Below are positions 8,846 through 17,438 of a stretch of 52,606 nt of DNA, in pieces. A program made the translations under genes and the position numbers. Every line of letters starts with the position of its first letter. Positions within the stretch are counted from its first letter, which is position 1. Under the pieces are notes generated by a model. The model was given only the letters and a program-made list of their open reading frames with translations, was not told the origin of the DNA and did no database searches. Origin of the DNA: a virus (Duplodnaviria > Caudoviricetes); the IMG/VR virus record IMGVR_UViG_3300010367_000142, positions 1 through 52,606 of that record; one strand, given 5' to 3'.

Positions 8846-9319
8846 TCAAGTGTTCTTCTTCCGGGACGGCCACACCTCGTGACCCGGATCCCACCAAATG
8901 ATGTGGAAGACGTTGCCGACCAGGAACCCCCACAGTCGGCCAGGCCCACCGATCCGCAACTTCCAGATCTTCGTCATGTCGGGAAGGCCGATCGCGGTCA
9001 ACCGCTCCAGCGCAGTCTTGTTCGGCAACTCCGCCACGTCGTGGCACTTGCCGGGCCACTCGCCCCGATGGAACAGCTCATTGATCGTCTGGTTCTCGAA
9101 CTTGACCATGTCGATGATCAGCGCCTGCACCCGCTCGTGGTCCAGAGGGGCCAAGCCCCACGGCCCCTCCCGGTCCAGATGCGTGAACCGCCAACAGATG
9201 CGCTCCTCGGAACTCGATGAGCTCGGCAGCAGCGATGACGGATCGCCAGTGCGCTTGCCGGCCGCAACACTGCCAGACGGCAGCGCAAGCTTCTTCTGCG
9301 CTTTCCCCCGCTTGTTCAC
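8846..9319 (-). CDS. Putative toxin (RelE-like fold) paired with Panacea antitoxin
   Basis: WKLRIGGPGRLWGFLVGNVFHIIWWDPGH; 4 nt downstream of the antitoxin. Confidence 0.65.
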   Translation of the reverse strand: MNKRGKAQKKLALPSGSVAAGKRTGDPSSLLPSSSSSEERICWRFTHLDREGPWGLAPLDHERVQALIIDMVKFENQTINELFHRGEWPGKCHDVAELPNKTALERLTAIGLPDMTKIWKLRIGGPGRLWGFLVGNVFHIIWWDPGHEVWPSRKKNT

Positions 9320-9323
9320 TCAG

Positions 9324-9776
9324 TCAGTCCTCGCGGCCCACAAGCGCGCCGAAGAAGTCGGCGATCTCCTCATCCCGCAACTCCTCGTTGCTGCGCTGCA
9401 GATCCGCGACCCCGGCCCGTTCCCGGGCCGCAAGCCACGGGCCCGGCTGGTGGGTCATCGCCGACAGCTCGTGGGCGCTGTAGGTGCGAAAGTTTTCCAG
9501 CACCACGTTCACCGAATCGCGTTCGTCGTCGTCGAGCACCGTCGGGTCGCCGGCGATCTCGCCGCGGTCGAGGTTGAAGCGACCCCGGTGCAGCCCGTAC
9601 AACTCGTACACGACCGGCCCGTTCGCCCATGCCTCGAAGCGCTCCGGGAAAAGCGGCCGGTCCTCCCACGCCAAGTGGTAGCCGTAGGCGAAGTAGCAGA
9701 GCTTTTGCAGCTTCATCGCGGACATCGGCGCTTCCTTCGCCAGTATGTACGCGGCCACATCCCGCACGGATGCCAT
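9324..9776 (-). CDS. panA: Panacea (DUF4065/SocA-like) antitoxin
   Basis: MKLQKLCYFAYG, FEAWANGPV, LSAMTH...PW signatures. Confidence 0.88.
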   Translation of the reverse strand: MASVRDVAAYILAKEAPMSAMKLQKLCYFAYGYHLAWEDRPLFPERFEAWANGPVVYELYGLHRGRFNLDRGEIAGDPTVLDDDERDSVNVVLENFRTYSAHELSAMTHQPGPWLAARERAGVADLQRSNEELRDEEIADFFGALVGRED

Positions 9777-10010
9777 GATCAGTGTCCCCTCTTATGCCTG
9801 ACCACACCGTAGATGAGCCGCCCCCGGCTGCGACTCATCAGGTCTACGGGCATGCAGACACGTCCCCCAGAAGGCCCAGGGTATCGGGGCTTACGGCAGC
9901 TCGGAAGACAGCGGGTGAAGGTCTGGACGCACCGTGACGGATCGAACACATGTATGGACGGATGGGTTGTGTAACCGCCCTCCGTAGCCAGCCGTCCGTA
10001 CCCGCCGTAC

Positions 10011-10325
10011 CTAAAACTGCCCGGTGCAGACCAGGCAGAGGCGGGCCGTCTTCCACTCCGACAACGCACCCCTATACCGCTCCACGCCCGCATGCCCGAC
10101 CGCACCCCACACCAGACCACCCACCGCCACCAACAGCCCCAGCAGAACGGCACCCGACAGCAGGAACGCGATACCCGCAGCCACCGCGAGCAGCGACTGC
10201 CAGTAGACGCCAGACACCTCAGCCGGCGGGGCGTAACGCGCCTTCAACGGCGACTCCGCGGGAAGACCCTCCCAGAACAGGCTGAGGCTCTGAACGTTGA
10301 CGGACGAACAAACCTTGCACTCCAC
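10011..10325 (-). CDS. Membrane protein with terminal CxxC motifs
   Basis: GTG with GGGAG RBS; CKVC...two TM helices...CLVC. Confidence 0.65.
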   Translation of the reverse strand: MECKVCSSVNVQSLSLFWEGLPAESPLKARYAPPAEVSGVYWQSLLAVAAGIAFLLSGAVLLGLLVAVGGLVWGAVGHAGVERYRGALSEWKTARLCLVCTGQF

Positions 10326-10433
10326 AGCCAACTCCCGGCATCCGCACGACACTTGGCGGAAGACTCGCCAGCCGAGAGAGTGACGGCAAGGGGTACCGGG
10401 CAGTGTGTGAGCGAGGGCACAAGGCGGGCGCAA

Positions 10434-10466
10434 CAAGGGCCCCATCCGTTGCGGATAGGGCCCTTG
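10434..10466 (-). terminator. Hairpin terminator after hicAB
   Basis: CAAGGGCCC...GGGCCCTTG inverted repeat. Confidence 0.65.
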
Positions 10467-10476
10467 GCTCGGGCTG

Positions 10477-10908
10477 TTATGCGGAAGCCTTGCTTCTGAG
10501 CGCAATGCCCCGCCGCTTTTTTTGGCCGCCAACGCCACCTTGCAGAAGTTGAGAAACTCGCTGAAAGGAAACACCGAGTACGCGACCAGCGTCTCGTTGG
10601 CTCAGGTCGCGCGTGAGGACTGCTGCGGCTTTCTGCATAGCCTGGCGTTCGGCATCAGCCGCTACGCGAGCAGCCTTCTGCGCCTTCGCGACCTCAGCTA
10701 CCACTGCCTTCTCCTCGGCGGACAAGATCGGTACGACATCAACTGCCACACTGGCAGGATCGATGTCGAGCATCACGGCGATAGCCTCACGGGCCGCCTC
10801 GTCGGCGCGCTCCAAACGCTTCGCCTGGCTGAACACTCCGGGAAGATCGGGCACCTCAAGGGCCCACCACTCGCCGACGCGTCGCGCAGTAACGCGGTAG
10901 GCGCTCAC
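10477..10908 (-). CDS. hicB: HicB-family antitoxin with C-terminal HTH
   Basis: WWALEVPDLPGVFSQA..EAAREAIA; LSQRDAGRVLGVSFQRVSQL; GTGA overlap with hicA. Confidence 0.85.
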   Translation of the reverse strand: MSAYRVTARRVGEWWALEVPDLPGVFSQAKRLERADEAAREAIAVMLDIDPASVAVDVVPILSAEEKAVVAEVAKAQKAARVAADAERQAMQKAAAVLTRDLSQRDAGRVLGVSFQRVSQLLQGGVGGQKKRRGIALRSKASA

Positions 10909-11117
10909 CGCCACCACCCCTTTCCGAGCTCATCTTCCAGGAACTTGCAGATCCCCTCGGCGGTCATCTCGTTGACTTCAGTGTGCTTGGGGATCGTCAC
11001 AGGGGTGCTGCCGCAGACCCACTGCTCGTGGCTGCCCTTCTGGCGCTGCTTAAGGAAGGGGATGCCCCTGGCTTTGGCTGCGTCTCTGATCTTCTTGATC
11101 AGGTCCCTGTGCTTCAC
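10905..11117 (-). CDS. hicA: HicA-family toxin
   Basis: RQKGSHEQW...VTIPKH motif, 70 aa. Confidence 0.88.
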   Translation of the reverse strand: MKHRDLIKKIRDAAKARGIPFLKQRQKGSHEQWVCGSTPVTIPKHTEVNEMTAEGICKFLEDELGKGWWR

Positions 11118-11124
11118 GAGTGTA

Positions 11125-11166
11125 AGTCTATGCGCGCTAGACGAGTCAAGTCAAGCGCGACTAGAC
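11125..11166 (-). promoter_or_regulatory. Leaderless hicAB promoter with two operator palindromes
   Basis: TTGACT-N18-TAGACT on - strand, 7 nt from GTG; GTCTA-N7-TAGAC (11126-11142) and GTCAA-N7-TAGAC (11150-11166). Confidence 0.7.
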
Positions 11167-11228
11167 GGCACCCTTGCGTGCGGCCTCACCAGCCCCCAGT
11201 GCCGCAACCGAAGGGCCGCAGGAGGGGC

Positions 11229-11618
11229 TCAGAGCAGGCGCACAAACGCACGCTCCCCGTTGTGAAAGAACGCGGTCAGGCCGGCATCGCTCTTGCCCTC
11301 CCGCGTCGACCACACCTCCAGCCGCTCCGTATCCGCAGGCTCCGCCGCACCAATCACCCCAGCCAGCCACGCATCCGGCGCACCATCCGCCGGCGCCGCC
11401 GTGTACCCCGGCGGGCCGGCGGTCACCGGCGCAGTCGGAGTGCTGTGCTTCGCACCATCCGCAAGCTGTCCGATCACCTGCCAGCGGCGCTCCTTACCGC
11501 CCACCGCAACCGACAGTGCATACGGATGCTTGCCACCGTCGATGATCTGCACTTGCTGCACGTCAGAGCTGTTCTTCAGGACATCGACCAGGAAGTCGCG
11601 ATACTCGGCGGGGCGCAT
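11229..11618 (-). CDS. Hypothetical protein
   Basis: ATG after AAGGA; MRPAEYRDFLVD... Confidence 0.65.
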   Translation of the reverse strand: MRPAEYRDFLVDVLKNSSDVQQVQIIDGGKHPYALSVAVGGKERRWQVIGQLADGAKHSTPTAPVTAGPPGYTAAPADGAPDAWLAGVIGAAEPADTERLEVWSTREGKSDAGLTAFFHNGERAFVRLL

Positions 11619-11782
11619 GTTGAAGGATCCTTTCATGGCGGCGGGCGCCAGTTTAGAGGCGGAGAGGTAGGCGAGTGACAGAAGGGCAGGAAGGCCCGGC
11701 GAGGCGCGCCAGGAGGCGATACAGAGACGCAGGAGCCCCGCCCGAACCCACTCCGGAACGGGGCACCACCGCACGCACCAGA

Positions 11783-12265
11783 TCAGGCAGCAGCCTCGAT
11801 CGCCGCCCGCGCAATCCGCGCAGCGCCCTTCATCCGCATCGCAAAGGCGATCAGCTCATCGGCCGTCTCATCCGCCATATCCGGAGTCAGATACGCGTCA
11901 TTCGAACCGTCCGTCACCGACACCGCCGCCACCCGCATCCGCGAATCATCACTCACCGGATCGGCATACAGCTGGCAGTACAACTCGAACGCCGAATACA
12001 AGTCGTCGCCCATCGTCGGCACCTGCACGTGATCGACGCCCCCGCGGTGGGTCACATCCTCGACGGCGGGCTGACGATCCGCGAGGTGGTCCAGAACGCA
12101 CCAGGTCGGGCATGGAAGGTAGGCCACCTGGACGCGGCCCGGCCGGCCAATCGACGCCGGGGCCAGGCGGAAACCCGGGGCGGCGGCGGGCAGTGTGGCG
12201 GACGCCGCAGACGCGGGGGAGTCGTCCGAACTAGCAACGTTGCAAGTGGCGGCTACAGTGGTCAT
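11783..12265 (-). CDS. DUF6907-like protein
   Basis: CPTWCVLDH...H motif, LTPDMA; RBS GAGAAGG. Confidence 0.7.
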   Translation of the reverse strand: MTTVAATCNVASSDDSPASAASATLPAAAPGFRLAPASIGRPGRVQVAYLPCPTWCVLDHLADRQPAVEDVTHRGGVDHVQVPTMGDDLYSAFELYCQLYADPVSDDSRMRVAAVSVTDGSNDAYLTPDMADETADELIAFAMRMKGAARIARAAIEAAA

Positions 12266-12855
12266 GAGACCTTCTCTCTGACGGGTGATGGTTTTGGATC
12301 AGCGGCGGGAACCGCTGGTTGAACTGGCCGGGCGTTGGTAGCGCCCGGCCGTTCGCGTTCTGGCGCCGACTGTAGAGCAGGCCGCGCACCATGTCCGACC
12401 TGCAGACTTTCCCGTCCATCACCCAAATGGGTGACGGCGCAACACTTTCGAATTCGGTGGCCCCCCACGACACCGGCCCACCCACCTGCAACGGTGAGCC
12501 GAAGCTACTTTGAGGAAAACAGCTTCGCCATTTCCTGGAACTGCCGTGCGACCCAACGAGGCGGCAAGCGAGTCGTCTGGAAAACGATGACGCCATGGCT
12601 GGAACAGGTGCGCCGGGCCCTGTAGTGACCCTCGGAATCCTTGCCTGACCGGAGCCGACCATCCAAATTCCTGTGCCGGTTGGCACAGCGACAACTGTCG
12701 TATCCGGCCTCATCAGGCACCCCCTCCCACCAGCGGAAACCGTGAACTTGACGACGCGATAGGATGCGCTACCCCTCGCGGTACAGCGGCCGGACGGTCA
12801 GACACAGACGGGAACGGCCGGAAGGTGGCGGACGGGGCTGTTCGTTTTACGGGGC

Positions 12856-13752
12856 CTAGAACTCGTACCGCGTCGTGAGCAGGTCGCCGTTCTTGACGAT
12901 CCTGTACAGCCCCAAGGGGTGTCGATCTTCCGAGTAGGTCACCCGCAGAGTGACCAGCAGGGGTACGACCCCAAAGACCTTTACCGCCTCGGCGTTGGCC
13001 GGAGCTGCAGTGACCCGGTCTGTCGTCTCGTGGACCGTGCTGTCGGCTCGGGCTTCGGGGTGCCGGTAGAAGTGCACGAGCTCCACCGGGCGGCCGTCGA
13101 TCACCCGGACCCATCTCTTCGCGTCGAGATCCGTTCCTGGCGGTACACCCAGGGCCGCGCAAGAACGCGGCGAGGGAGTCGCGCGGTGCGTCGACATCTG
13201 CTCGATAGATCCCTCTGTGCCCTCGCTGCCTGCCACCTCATGGCGGAGGCCGGCAGGGGTGACCGCGACGACACCGAAGCCCTGTCGGCCGACAGCGAAT
13301 CCCTGAGCCTTGAGGAGATTCAGGGCGCGCTGGATGGTGAGCGATGCGACCCCGTAGACCTCGATCAGCGTCCGAACCGTGGGGAATCGATCGCCTGACC
13401 GCATGGCTCCCGACTGGATGAACCCTTTCAGTTCGTGGGCGATGAACTCGTATGGGCTCCAGGTTCCGCCAGGGATCTCGTTCGGACCCCATGGGGTGAT
13501 CTCGTCGATGATCGACGACGGCTTGTTCTGGTGATTGTGCAGCGGCTTCTCGGCGCGGATCGCAGCGCGTTCCGCGTCGAGCGCTTCGGGCCGGCTGTCG
13601 AGCCACTCCGTCGTCTTGTCTGCAACGTCTGACCACCAGGGCTTGGATTCCGCATGCTGGCGCCAGCGGGCTTCCGTGTTGCCGCTGACCCCGACGTAGA
13701 GCAGCTGTCCGGCGGCATCGAAGAAGCGGTAGAGCGCGGTGCGCTCGGTCAT
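12856..13752 (-). CDS. GIY-YIG nuclease fused to GntR wHTH and degenerate UTRA domain
   Basis: LYRFFD..LLYVGVS..RWRQH..AERAAI..EKPLHN; then IQSGAMRSGDRFPTVRTL..YGVASLTIQRAL..G.G. Confidence 0.8.
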   Translation of the reverse strand: MTERTALYRFFDAAGQLLYVGVSGNTEARWRQHAESKPWWSDVADKTTEWLDSRPEALDAERAAIRAEKPLHNHQNKPSSIIDEITPWGPNEIPGGTWSPYEFIAHELKGFIQSGAMRSGDRFPTVRTLIEVYGVASLTIQRALNLLKAQGFAVGRQGFGVVAVTPAGLRHEVAGSEGTEGSIEQMSTHRATPSPRSCAALGVPPGTDLDAKRWVRVIDGRPVELVHFYRHPEARADSTVHETTDRVTAAPANAEAVKVFGVVPLLVTLRVTYSEDRHPLGLYRIVKNGDLLTTRYEF

Positions 13753-13841
13753 AGGCGAGGTATCCCTTCTGGCATGTCTGGCTGCCTCACGCCCCCGGAG
13801 GATCGGGGTTGTGTGCGGCGCCACACCCACCGTGACGCAAG

Positions 13842-13920
13842 TCCTTCGAAGGAGTCAAGCCCTTCGCTCATTTCGCCCAGTTCGCATCACGGATCGACAG
13901 GTAGTTAACATCTTCGAAGA
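13842..13920. promoter_or_regulatory. GntR operator palindromes in divergent promoter region
   Basis: TCCTTCGAAGGA at 13842-13853 and TCTTCGAAGA at 13911-13920. Confidence 0.7.
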
Positions 13921-13939
13921 AGTCGATCGAGGAGGACCA

Positions 13940-14692
13940 TTGGCACCACGCAAGGGGGAGCCCGGGAGGTTCCTGTACAAGGAGCTTGCGGCGGAGTTCC
14001 GCGCCCAGATCCAGTCCGGCGCGCTGGCCCCTGGTGACATGCTCCCAAGTGAGACTGTGCTCATGGAGGGGCGCGGGGTCGCTCGCTCGACCGTTCGCCA
14101 AGCCTACGATCTCCTCAAGGCCGAGGGGCTTGCCGCAAGCAAGCAGGGGAAGGGCGTCTACGCGCTGAACCCCAAGAAGATTGTCCGTAACGCACAGAAG
14201 CGCCTCTCTCGCGAGGTCTGGGAATCCGGACGATCCATCTGGAGTATCGACCTCGAGGGGCGCGAGCCGAACGCGCAAGTCGAGGTCGACGCCGACATCG
14301 AGGCGCCCGGGTATATCGCCGGCGTGCTCAGCGTCCAGCGAGTGTGTCGACGGCGGCGAGTTTTCTCCCTCGATGACCGCACGCTCATGGTGGCCACGTC
14401 CTACCTGCCTGCCGATCTCGCCCAGTTGGCCAGCATCGATCAAGTCGACACGGGCCCCGGCGGGATGTATGCCCGACTCTCCGATGCTGGTCGCGCTCCG
14501 GTTGATGCGAAGGAGCGCATCAGGGCGCGCGTCGCCATGCCCGACGAGGTCGACGTGCTGGAGCTCGGCGCCGGCGCATGCGTGATTGTTATCGAGCGGA
14601 CTGTCACCGACGCCGAGGAGCGAATCCTCGAGGTCAATGAGATGACGCTCGATGCCGCACGTTACGTCCTGGAGTACGACTTCAAGCTGTAG
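13940..14692 (+). CDS. GntR/HutC-family regulator, KorSA-like
   Basis: TTG after GGAGGA; IQSGALAPGDMLPSE..VARSTVRQAY..QGKGVY; UTRA domain with DTGPGGMYARL. Confidence 0.88.
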   Translation: MAPRKGEPGRFLYKELAAEFRAQIQSGALAPGDMLPSETVLMEGRGVARSTVRQAYDLLKAEGLAASKQGKGVYALNPKKIVRNAQKRLSREVWESGRSIWSIDLEGREPNAQVEVDADIEAPGYIAGVLSVQRVCRRRRVFSLDDRTLMVATSYLPADLAQLASIDQVDTGPGGMYARLSDAGRAPVDAKERIRARVAMPDEVDVLELGAGACVIVIERTVTDAEERILEVNEMTLDAARYVLEYDFKL

Positions 14693-14705
14693 CTGCCCCG
14701 CCAGT

Positions 14706-14740
14706 AGCCCCCTCTGACATCCGTCAGTGGGGGCTTTTTC
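14706..14740 (+). terminator. Intrinsic terminator
   Basis: AGCCCCC-CTGAC...GTCAG-GGGGGCT followed by TTTT. Confidence 0.8.
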
Positions 14741-14780
14741 GTGCACCCGAACCCCCGCGAACTCAGTTCACTTGGCGAGC

Positions 14781-14842
14781 TTGACAACTCCTTCGAAGGA
14801 CTGCATGGTTGAACCCGTCGACCTCCTTCGAAGGAGTTGTCA
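14781..14842 (+). promoter_or_regulatory. Promoter of transfer operon with two operators
   Basis: TTGACA-N17-CATGGT; TCCTTCGAAGGA at 14789-14800 and 14824-14835 within an 18-bp inverted repeat. Confidence 0.75.
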
Positions 14843-14865
14843 CCAACTAGCCATTGGAGCCCTGC

Positions 14866-15105
14866 GTGAACGCCGAAGCCCGAGACCCCGTCGCAGCGCC
14901 AGGTGACGAACTGCTGGAAGCCAAGCAGGTCGCCGCGCTCATGAAGGTCCATGTCGCCACCGTCTATCGCTTGGCCGATAGCGGCCGACTGAAGGCCATG
15001 CGACTGGGGTCGGGCGAGAAGAGGCGTCGCGGCTTCCGCTGCTGGGCCTCGGAGGTTCACGCATACATGCACGGCTCGCAAATCCCTACCGAGGAGGCGG
15101 CATGA
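14866..15105 (+). CDS. Excisionase-like HTH DNA-binding protein
   Basis: LLEAKQVAALMKVHVATVYRLADSGRLKAMRLG. Confidence 0.8.
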   Translation: MNAEARDPVAAPGDELLEAKQVAALMKVHVATVYRLADSGRLKAMRLGSGEKRRRGFRCWASEVHAYMHGSQIPTEEAA

Positions 15106-15413
15106 CCACCGCAATCTCCACTCAGACCCCCACGACCCACACCCCGACTCCGAACTCCCACTTTGCGGCGATGCGCCGCTACGAGGATGCTGCTCGCAGC
15201 GTCTCGGTCCGTCGCTCGGCTGGCAGTATCCCGGCCAGCGAGTTGGAGGCGGCGATGGCGACCCAGGAGAGCTACTACCTGCTGGCTGCCGCGTACCGTT
15301 GTGCGGCTCACCGTCGGGAGCGTGCCGAGAGGTTCGCGGCATCCCGTCCGGGCACGTTGCTCCGCGTCATCGGGCGCGGTGTGCGTGCCGTGCGATCGGC
15401 GGTGGCGGCATGA
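15102..15413 (+). CDS. Hypothetical protein
   Basis: ATGA overlap, GGAGG RBS. Confidence 0.65.
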   Translation: MTTAISTQTPTTHTPTPNSHFAAMRRYEDAARSVSVRRSAGSIPASELEAAMATQESYYLLAAAYRCAAHRRERAERFAASRPGTLLRVIGRGVRAVRSAVAA

Positions 15414-15808
15414 GCGCCCCGCTCCCCACGGATCTTCCCGTTGCCCCGCTCCCCGTGCCTGTGATCGCCGCGATGCACCGGATTGAGGCGCGTCTGGCGG
15501 TTGCGTCGGCTGGCGAGTCGCTGACCGTCAACGGCGTGACGTGTATGGCGGTGTCGCTGCGGGTGGCGGATCTGTTGGCCCGGCACGACCGGCTGCAGTC
15601 GCGTTGCCGGCGTCTGTCGGCGAAGGCGGTCACGTCGGAGGACTACAACCAGTTGTTCGACTGGCATGTGTTCCTCACCGACTGTCGCTGCCAGCTCGAG
15701 GCTGCTGGCGCGTTGCATCTGGTCGGCGAGCGCGAGAAGGCGAAGGAGCCGACGCTCCCGCAGCGCCCTCGTGGCCCGCACCCGCAGTGCGCGGAGGCGG
15801 TTGTCTGA
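15410..15808 (+). CDS. Hypothetical protein
   Basis: ATGA overlap. Confidence 0.6.
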   Translation: MSAPLPTDLPVAPLPVPVIAAMHRIEARLAVASAGESLTVNGVTCMAVSLRVADLLARHDRLQSRCRRLSAKAVTSEDYNQLFDWHVFLTDCRCQLEAAGALHLVGEREKAKEPTLPQRPRGPHPQCAEAVV

Positions 15809-15978
15809 TGGCGCGCACTGTGTACGCCGAGGTCGATGCAGGTCATCCGCGCGGTTCGTGGCCGGCGGAGGAGAAGGCGGCCGAGCTGACCGCCTCCGGT
15901 GTCCCGGCGACGGTCGTGATGTCGATGGACGAGGGCAAGTTCCTCGTCGTCCCGAAGCCTGAGGGGCGGCCGTTGTGA
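15808..15978 (+). CDS. Small hypothetical protein
   Basis: TGATG overlap, GGAGG RBS; MARTVYAEV... Confidence 0.6.
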   Translation: MARTVYAEVDAGHPRGSWPAEEKAAELTASGVPATVVMSMDEGKFLVVPKPEGRPL

Positions 15979-16055
15979 CGGATGCCGAGAAGGCTGAGTT
16001 GTCCCGCAAGGTCGCCGAGGCGAACAAGCGCTCCGAGGAGCGCCCCCGCGGCTAG
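15975..16055 (+). CDS. 26-aa microprotein
   Basis: GTGA overlap, GAGGGG RBS; MTDAEKAELSRKVAEANKRSEERPRG. Confidence 0.45.
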   Translation: MTDAEKAELSRKVAEANKRSEERPRG

Positions 16056-16171
16056 CCCACCAAAGCCGCCGCACTGGCGGGGATGACGTCCCCTGCGGCC
16101 TCCGTCAGTGCGGCTTCCAACCCTGCACCACCCCCACTGCACCTACACCCCGAGAGGGTTTGTGATCCCCC

Positions 16172-16402
16172 ATGTCTCCATACCTGTTCAGCGCCGACTA
16201 TGCCGTCACCGAGTTCGGCCGTCAGGCCCGCGCCAACACGACGGTCGCTGAGGCGTCCGTCCTCAGCATCAGTGACTTGTTTGGCGAGTACGCCAGGGCT
16301 CGTGCGGCTGGTGATCTGGCTTTGATGTGGCAGATCCGGCAGCTCACCGACGGGCAGCTGCTCGCCGAGCTGGACGGCTTCGACTACCCGGCTGCCGCCT
16401 GA
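16172..16402 (+). CDS. Hypothetical protein
   Basis: ATG after GAGGG; TGATG overlap with next gene. Confidence 0.65.
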   Translation: MSPYLFSADYAVTEFGRQARANTTVAEASVLSISDLFGEYARARAAGDLALMWQIRQLTDGQLLAELDGFDYPAAA

Positions 16403-16782
16403 TGGCTGCCGTCGAGATCGTGTCGTTCGGGTTCCTGCACGGCCCGGCGCCGGAAGCAGACATCGTGCTGGACCTGCGGCGCGCATTCCGCGACCCGCAC
16501 ATCGACCCGCGTATGCGGGAGTTGACCGGCCGGGACCGGCGTGTGCGGCGGGCCGTGCTCCGTACCGCCGGGATCCGCGCCCTACTGAAGGCCACCGTGC
16601 AGCAGGTGCGGGCCTACACGAAAGGCCCGGGCGTCGAGCGGATCGTGATCGGGTCAGCGTGCGCCGGCGGGAGGCACCGCTCGGTTGTCGTCGCCGACAA
16701 GCTTGCCCGCCGACTCCGGCGCCGCGGCCACACCGTGACCGTCCACCACCGCGACCTGCACCGCCCCGTCGTCCAGCGCTGA
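16402..16782 (+). CDS. Stand-alone RapZ C-terminal-domain protein
   Basis: IVSFGFLHG..ADIVLDLR..FRDPH and CAGGRHRSV motifs. Confidence 0.82.
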   Translation: MAAVEIVSFGFLHGPAPEADIVLDLRRAFRDPHIDPRMRELTGRDRRVRRAVLRTAGIRALLKATVQQVRAYTKGPGVERIVIGSACAGGRHRSVVVADKLARRLRRRGHTVTVHHRDLHRPVVQR

Positions 16783-16823
16783 CCGACTCGACTATTCCCC
16801 TCCATCAGAAGGAGTTACCCGAC

Positions 16824-17024
16824 ATGAGCACCCGCATCCTCACCCGCGCCGCCGAACTCACCGGCAACCGCAATGCCGCCGTCGATATCCAAGACGACAC
16901 CCGCCGCTCCTACGCCCGCTGCCAGCCGTGCGGTTGGACCCGGGACCACGGCACCGCCTACCGCGAGCAGCTCATCAAGTGGGCGCAGGAGCACGCCGAC
17001 CAGTGCACCGCCCTCCCCAGCTAG
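16824..17024 (+). CDS. Mobile-element-transfer-like small Zn protein
   Basis: AAGGAG RBS; ARCQPCGW...WAQEHADQCTALP. Confidence 0.6.
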   Translation: MSTRILTRAAELTGNRNAAVDIQDDTRRSYARCQPCGWTRDHGTAYREQLIKWAQEHADQCTALPS

Positions 17025-17119
17025 ACCGACCGACTAGCCCCGGCCCGGCCACCACGGGCGTCCGCAGCAAAGCAGGCCGGGGCACGCACCGCACCATCCC
17101 CCGATCTGAGAGGACCCGC

Positions 17120-17191
17120 ATGTCGCAGGACACGCCGAAGCCGACCCCCAAGCGCGACTACCCCATCCTCATCCCGAGCAAGCCGGTCTGA
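17120..17191 (+). CDS. 23-aa microprotein
   Basis: GAGAGG RBS; MSQDTPKPTPKRDYPILIPSKPV. Confidence 0.4.
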   Translation: MSQDTPKPTPKRDYPILIPSKPV

Positions 17192-17218
17192 GCAGCCCGC
17201 AACCCCGAGGAGAACCGC

Positions 17219-17395
17219 ATGGCGAGTAACCGCCGTATCGACAAGACCACGCAGACGTTCGCCGGCACTTCGTACCGCGTCGCCGGTGATCCCGAGCCGG
17301 TCGCGTTCAAGACCAGCGCCGAGGCCGAGAAGCGGGCCGAGCGCCTGGACGCTGCCGAAGCGATCGCCGACGCGTACCGCAACCCCAACCGCTGA
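17219..17395 (+). CDS. 58-aa microprotein (not in ORF track)
   Basis: GAGGAG RBS; MASNRRIDKTTQTFAGTSYRVAGD... Confidence 0.6.
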   Translation: MASNRRIDKTTQTFAGTSYRVAGDPEPVAFKTSAEAEKRAERLDAAEAIADAYRNPNR

Positions 17396-17438
17396 CCGGC
17401 AACTGCCGGATCAGACACCCCAACCGGAAGAGCCAGCC

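Noticed and set aside
9942-9957. Possible LexA box TCGAACACATGTATGG upstream of the Panacea operon
   Set aside because: One half-site has three mismatches to GTTCGA and it lies about 170 nt from the start; too weak to call
12380-12850. Lower-GC gap with several short ORFs
   Set aside because: No convincing RBS, codon bias or motif; left unannotated
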